Shown: in pieces, positions 61,501-64,000 of the stretch
Numbering within the stretch: position 1 is the stretch's first letter
Layout: each line of letters opens with the position of its first letter
Assembly: GCA_977017645.1 (NCBI GenBank)
Contig: OZ360220.1
Location: forward strand, 222,332,001 to 222,396,000
Direction of reading: 5' to 3'
DNA length: 64,000 nucleotides
Source of the DNA: Torpedo marmorata
Lineage: Eukaryota
Notes under the pieces: generated by a model
Database searches by the model: none
Told to the model about the DNA's origin: nothing
What the model saw: only the letters and a program-made list of their open reading frames with translations
Translations under genes and position numbers: made by a program

Positions 61501-63214
61501 TGAATCTGCTGTTCACCCTTAAGCTGTCTGTTACTCATCAGATACCAAGTTGCAGTTCAGTGAACAGAAGAAAAGGTTTTAATAATAGCCATGCCATAGG
61601 CTGTAATGCATCATTTTAGGCTTCTAATTACATTACAATGACAAATATCATTGGTGACAACAGCAATAACCTATATCCTTTAATAGCGGGTTGGAAAGGA
61701 TTTGGGGCCTGTTGTCATTATATTAGAGTCAGTTTCAAAAGGAGACTGTTAGAAGTATGTATTGGCGGTATTATTGTCTGATAAACCAGGATCTGTGAAA
61801 GGATCTGTAAATAAATGATGCCTCACTATCTGCCTTTCTGAGGGGACAAAGTTGGGCACCTTATACAGTGACTATAGAAGTGCCTGTGTTGCTGTGGTAA
61901 CCTCTTTTAAATTGTTGGCTTTTGAATTTTCTTAAATTTTTAGCCTTTGTCCTCAGGCAAACATTGCTACAATAGTTATTTTTCTGTCTTTTATAATCAA
62001 AACTGATAGAGATTTGAGGAGGGTATTATGATGATGGGGCAGCAATTCCTACTAAATATTTTTGCTCCCGTGTTTGCCTTGTTGGTCTGTTTCTTGAAGC
62101 TATTAATTCTTAGGATTTGGTTCAGAGAACCAGCAATCCTTTGAAACATTGTGCAAGTGCAATATCTTTGTGCAAAATGAGACTTCGAGCCATCTGATTT
62201 ATTGATGTGAAGAATATTAACCTTGAATGATGGGTGGTTTAGGGGAATTTGTGAAGTTAAATATTTAGTATTTCAACCCAAATACCAGTCTGCCCACTTA
62301 ATGGGTCCATCAGTAAAACTGTCTAAGAATCTCTTCGTGCTAAATGCTCAAGCGAATCCCAGCAGGTGACAGGTTTGTGGGATGAAATATGAAGACTGGG
62401 ATGGGTAATGAAAGGAGATTCTGAAATAGCACCAGCCTTTTGTTGCATTCTTGTTGTTGCACAACAGAGGTTATGATGGGAGAGTTGCAGGTTCAGGAAG
62501 CTATTCCTTGTTCACAGCAGAGGCTTGGTTTGCTCGATCTGTTGGAACATCAATGTCCGAGGTGACTTGGGGTATCATTTCAGTTGATGATAGATCTTTG
62601 AAGCCTTGAAGAAATCTTATGCTTGTAGGATTTGATGGGCCGATTTGGCATGTGAAAATGCATAACACTGGCTATTTTTCCAAGTTCTGAGAGAGAGGCA
62701 TGTAAGGTATTGCAATCAACCACTTAAAAATGCATCAGGCAAGTGTCAGATCCCTTATTTGCAAGGGTCAGCAATTGTTTCAATTTTGCTCGCAATGAGG
62801 CCTCTCAAAACATTTGGATGCTGTGTTCTGTGCTGCTGACCTCATCGCCAAATAGTAAATGTCATTAACTCCATTTATGACGGATGTCTCCAAATGACAA
62901 GACAAAAAAACAACTTTATGTAATTTGGAAGCCCTCCACTTTATTGGTCCAAATGGCCAGCAATCACAAGCAGATTTTTCTCCAAATGTGTCCCAGATGC
63001 CACAAGTTAACTGCCTTAATCCTTCATTTTGCCCTCCCTGATGTATTTACACCTCCAAGCCTACAATGTGTCCATCGAGAGCATGGCTGGTGATCCCACT
63101 GAGGAATAAAAAGAGAACTAAAGCTCTCTGTGCACTGGGAATGTAATTGAGCAAGGAGACTAAATGCTTACAGTTTGTATGTAAATTTGCTGGAGGTTTG
63201 GTAGAGGATTTAAT

Positions 63215-64000
63215 TCACAAGATCACAAGATATAGGAACAGAAGTAGGCCAATCAGTCCATTGAGTCTGTTCTGCCATTCTATCATGAGCTGATCCATCC
63301 TCCCACTCAGTCCCACTCTCTGGCCTTCTCCCTGTTACCCTTGATGCCCTGACTAATCAAATACCTGTCAGTCTCTGCCTTAAATACACCCAACAGCCTC
63401 ACTTCCACAGCTACCTGTGGTAACAAGTTCCACAGACTCATGGCCCTCTGGCTAAAGAAATTTTTCTGCACCTCTCTTTAAATTGACATCTTTTGATTTT
63501 GAAGTTGTGCCCCCTTGTCCTTGACTCACCTACCATGGGAAACAACCTTGCCACATCTACCCTGTCCAGGCCTTTCAGCATTCGAAATGTCTTAGAGGTC
63601 CCCCCCTCATCCTGTACTCCAACGAGTACAGTCCAAGAGCTGACAAACGTACCTCATATGCTAACCCTTTCATTCCTAGTATCATTTTAGTAAATCTTCT
63701 CTGAACCCTCTCCAACGCCAGCACGTCCTTTCTCAAATAAGGCACCCAAAACTGTACACAGTACTCCAAGTGAGGTCTCACCAATGCCCTATACCATCTC
63801 AACATTACATCCCTGCTTTGATATGCTATTCCTCTAGAAATGAATGCCAACATTGCATTCGCCTTCTTCACCACCAACTCAACCTGGCGGTTAACCTTTA
63901 GGGTATCCTGCACGAGGACTATCAAGTCCCTTTGCACCTCTGAATTTTCTCCCCATATAAATAATTGTTTGCCTGTCTATTTCTTCTACCAAAGTGTATG
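63215..64000 (-). mobile_element. CR1 LINE 3' portion continuing beyond the window
   Basis: ORF 63575-63937 reads KKANAMLAFI...LVRPHLEYCVQFW...LERVQRRFTK. A (ATCTTGTG)n tail sits at ~63215. Confidence 0.92.

Noticed and set aside
39798-64000. TLE exon 5 (expected AEIVKRLN...)
   Set aside because: I could not find it by eye. It probably lies beyond the window; TBLASTN would settle this.

Overview
Eukaryotic, vertebrate genomic DNA. The repeat inventory (V-SINE/HE1-like SINEs, CR1, Rex1/Babar, Penelope) suggests a cartilaginous fish, which is an inference. The only host gene I can support is the 5' end of a Groucho/TLE corepressor, most like TLE4: a CpG-rich promoter at about 36.7-37.9 kb, coding exons 1-4 at 37897-39797 (+), then a long intron running off the window. 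Almost everything else is transposon-derived. This includes a five-level nested stack at 6.1-20.1 kb (old CR1 > Gypsy > ORF2-deleted L1 > solo LTR > open CR1 ORF2), a 3-kb pol-less LTR element with a perfect TSD, two Penelope insertions with inverted arms and hammerhead-ribozyme motifs, composite hAT MITEs, a Tigger-type element and a possible Harbinger-type element. There is also a set of non-autonomous retroelements (a 5S-rRNA-headed SINE and a ~830-bp GC-rich element) that share a 3' end with the local Rex1/Babar LINEs, which is the best candidate for an undescribed system. There is an assembly gap at 20341-20554. All family names come from motif recognition by eye; no database searches were run.
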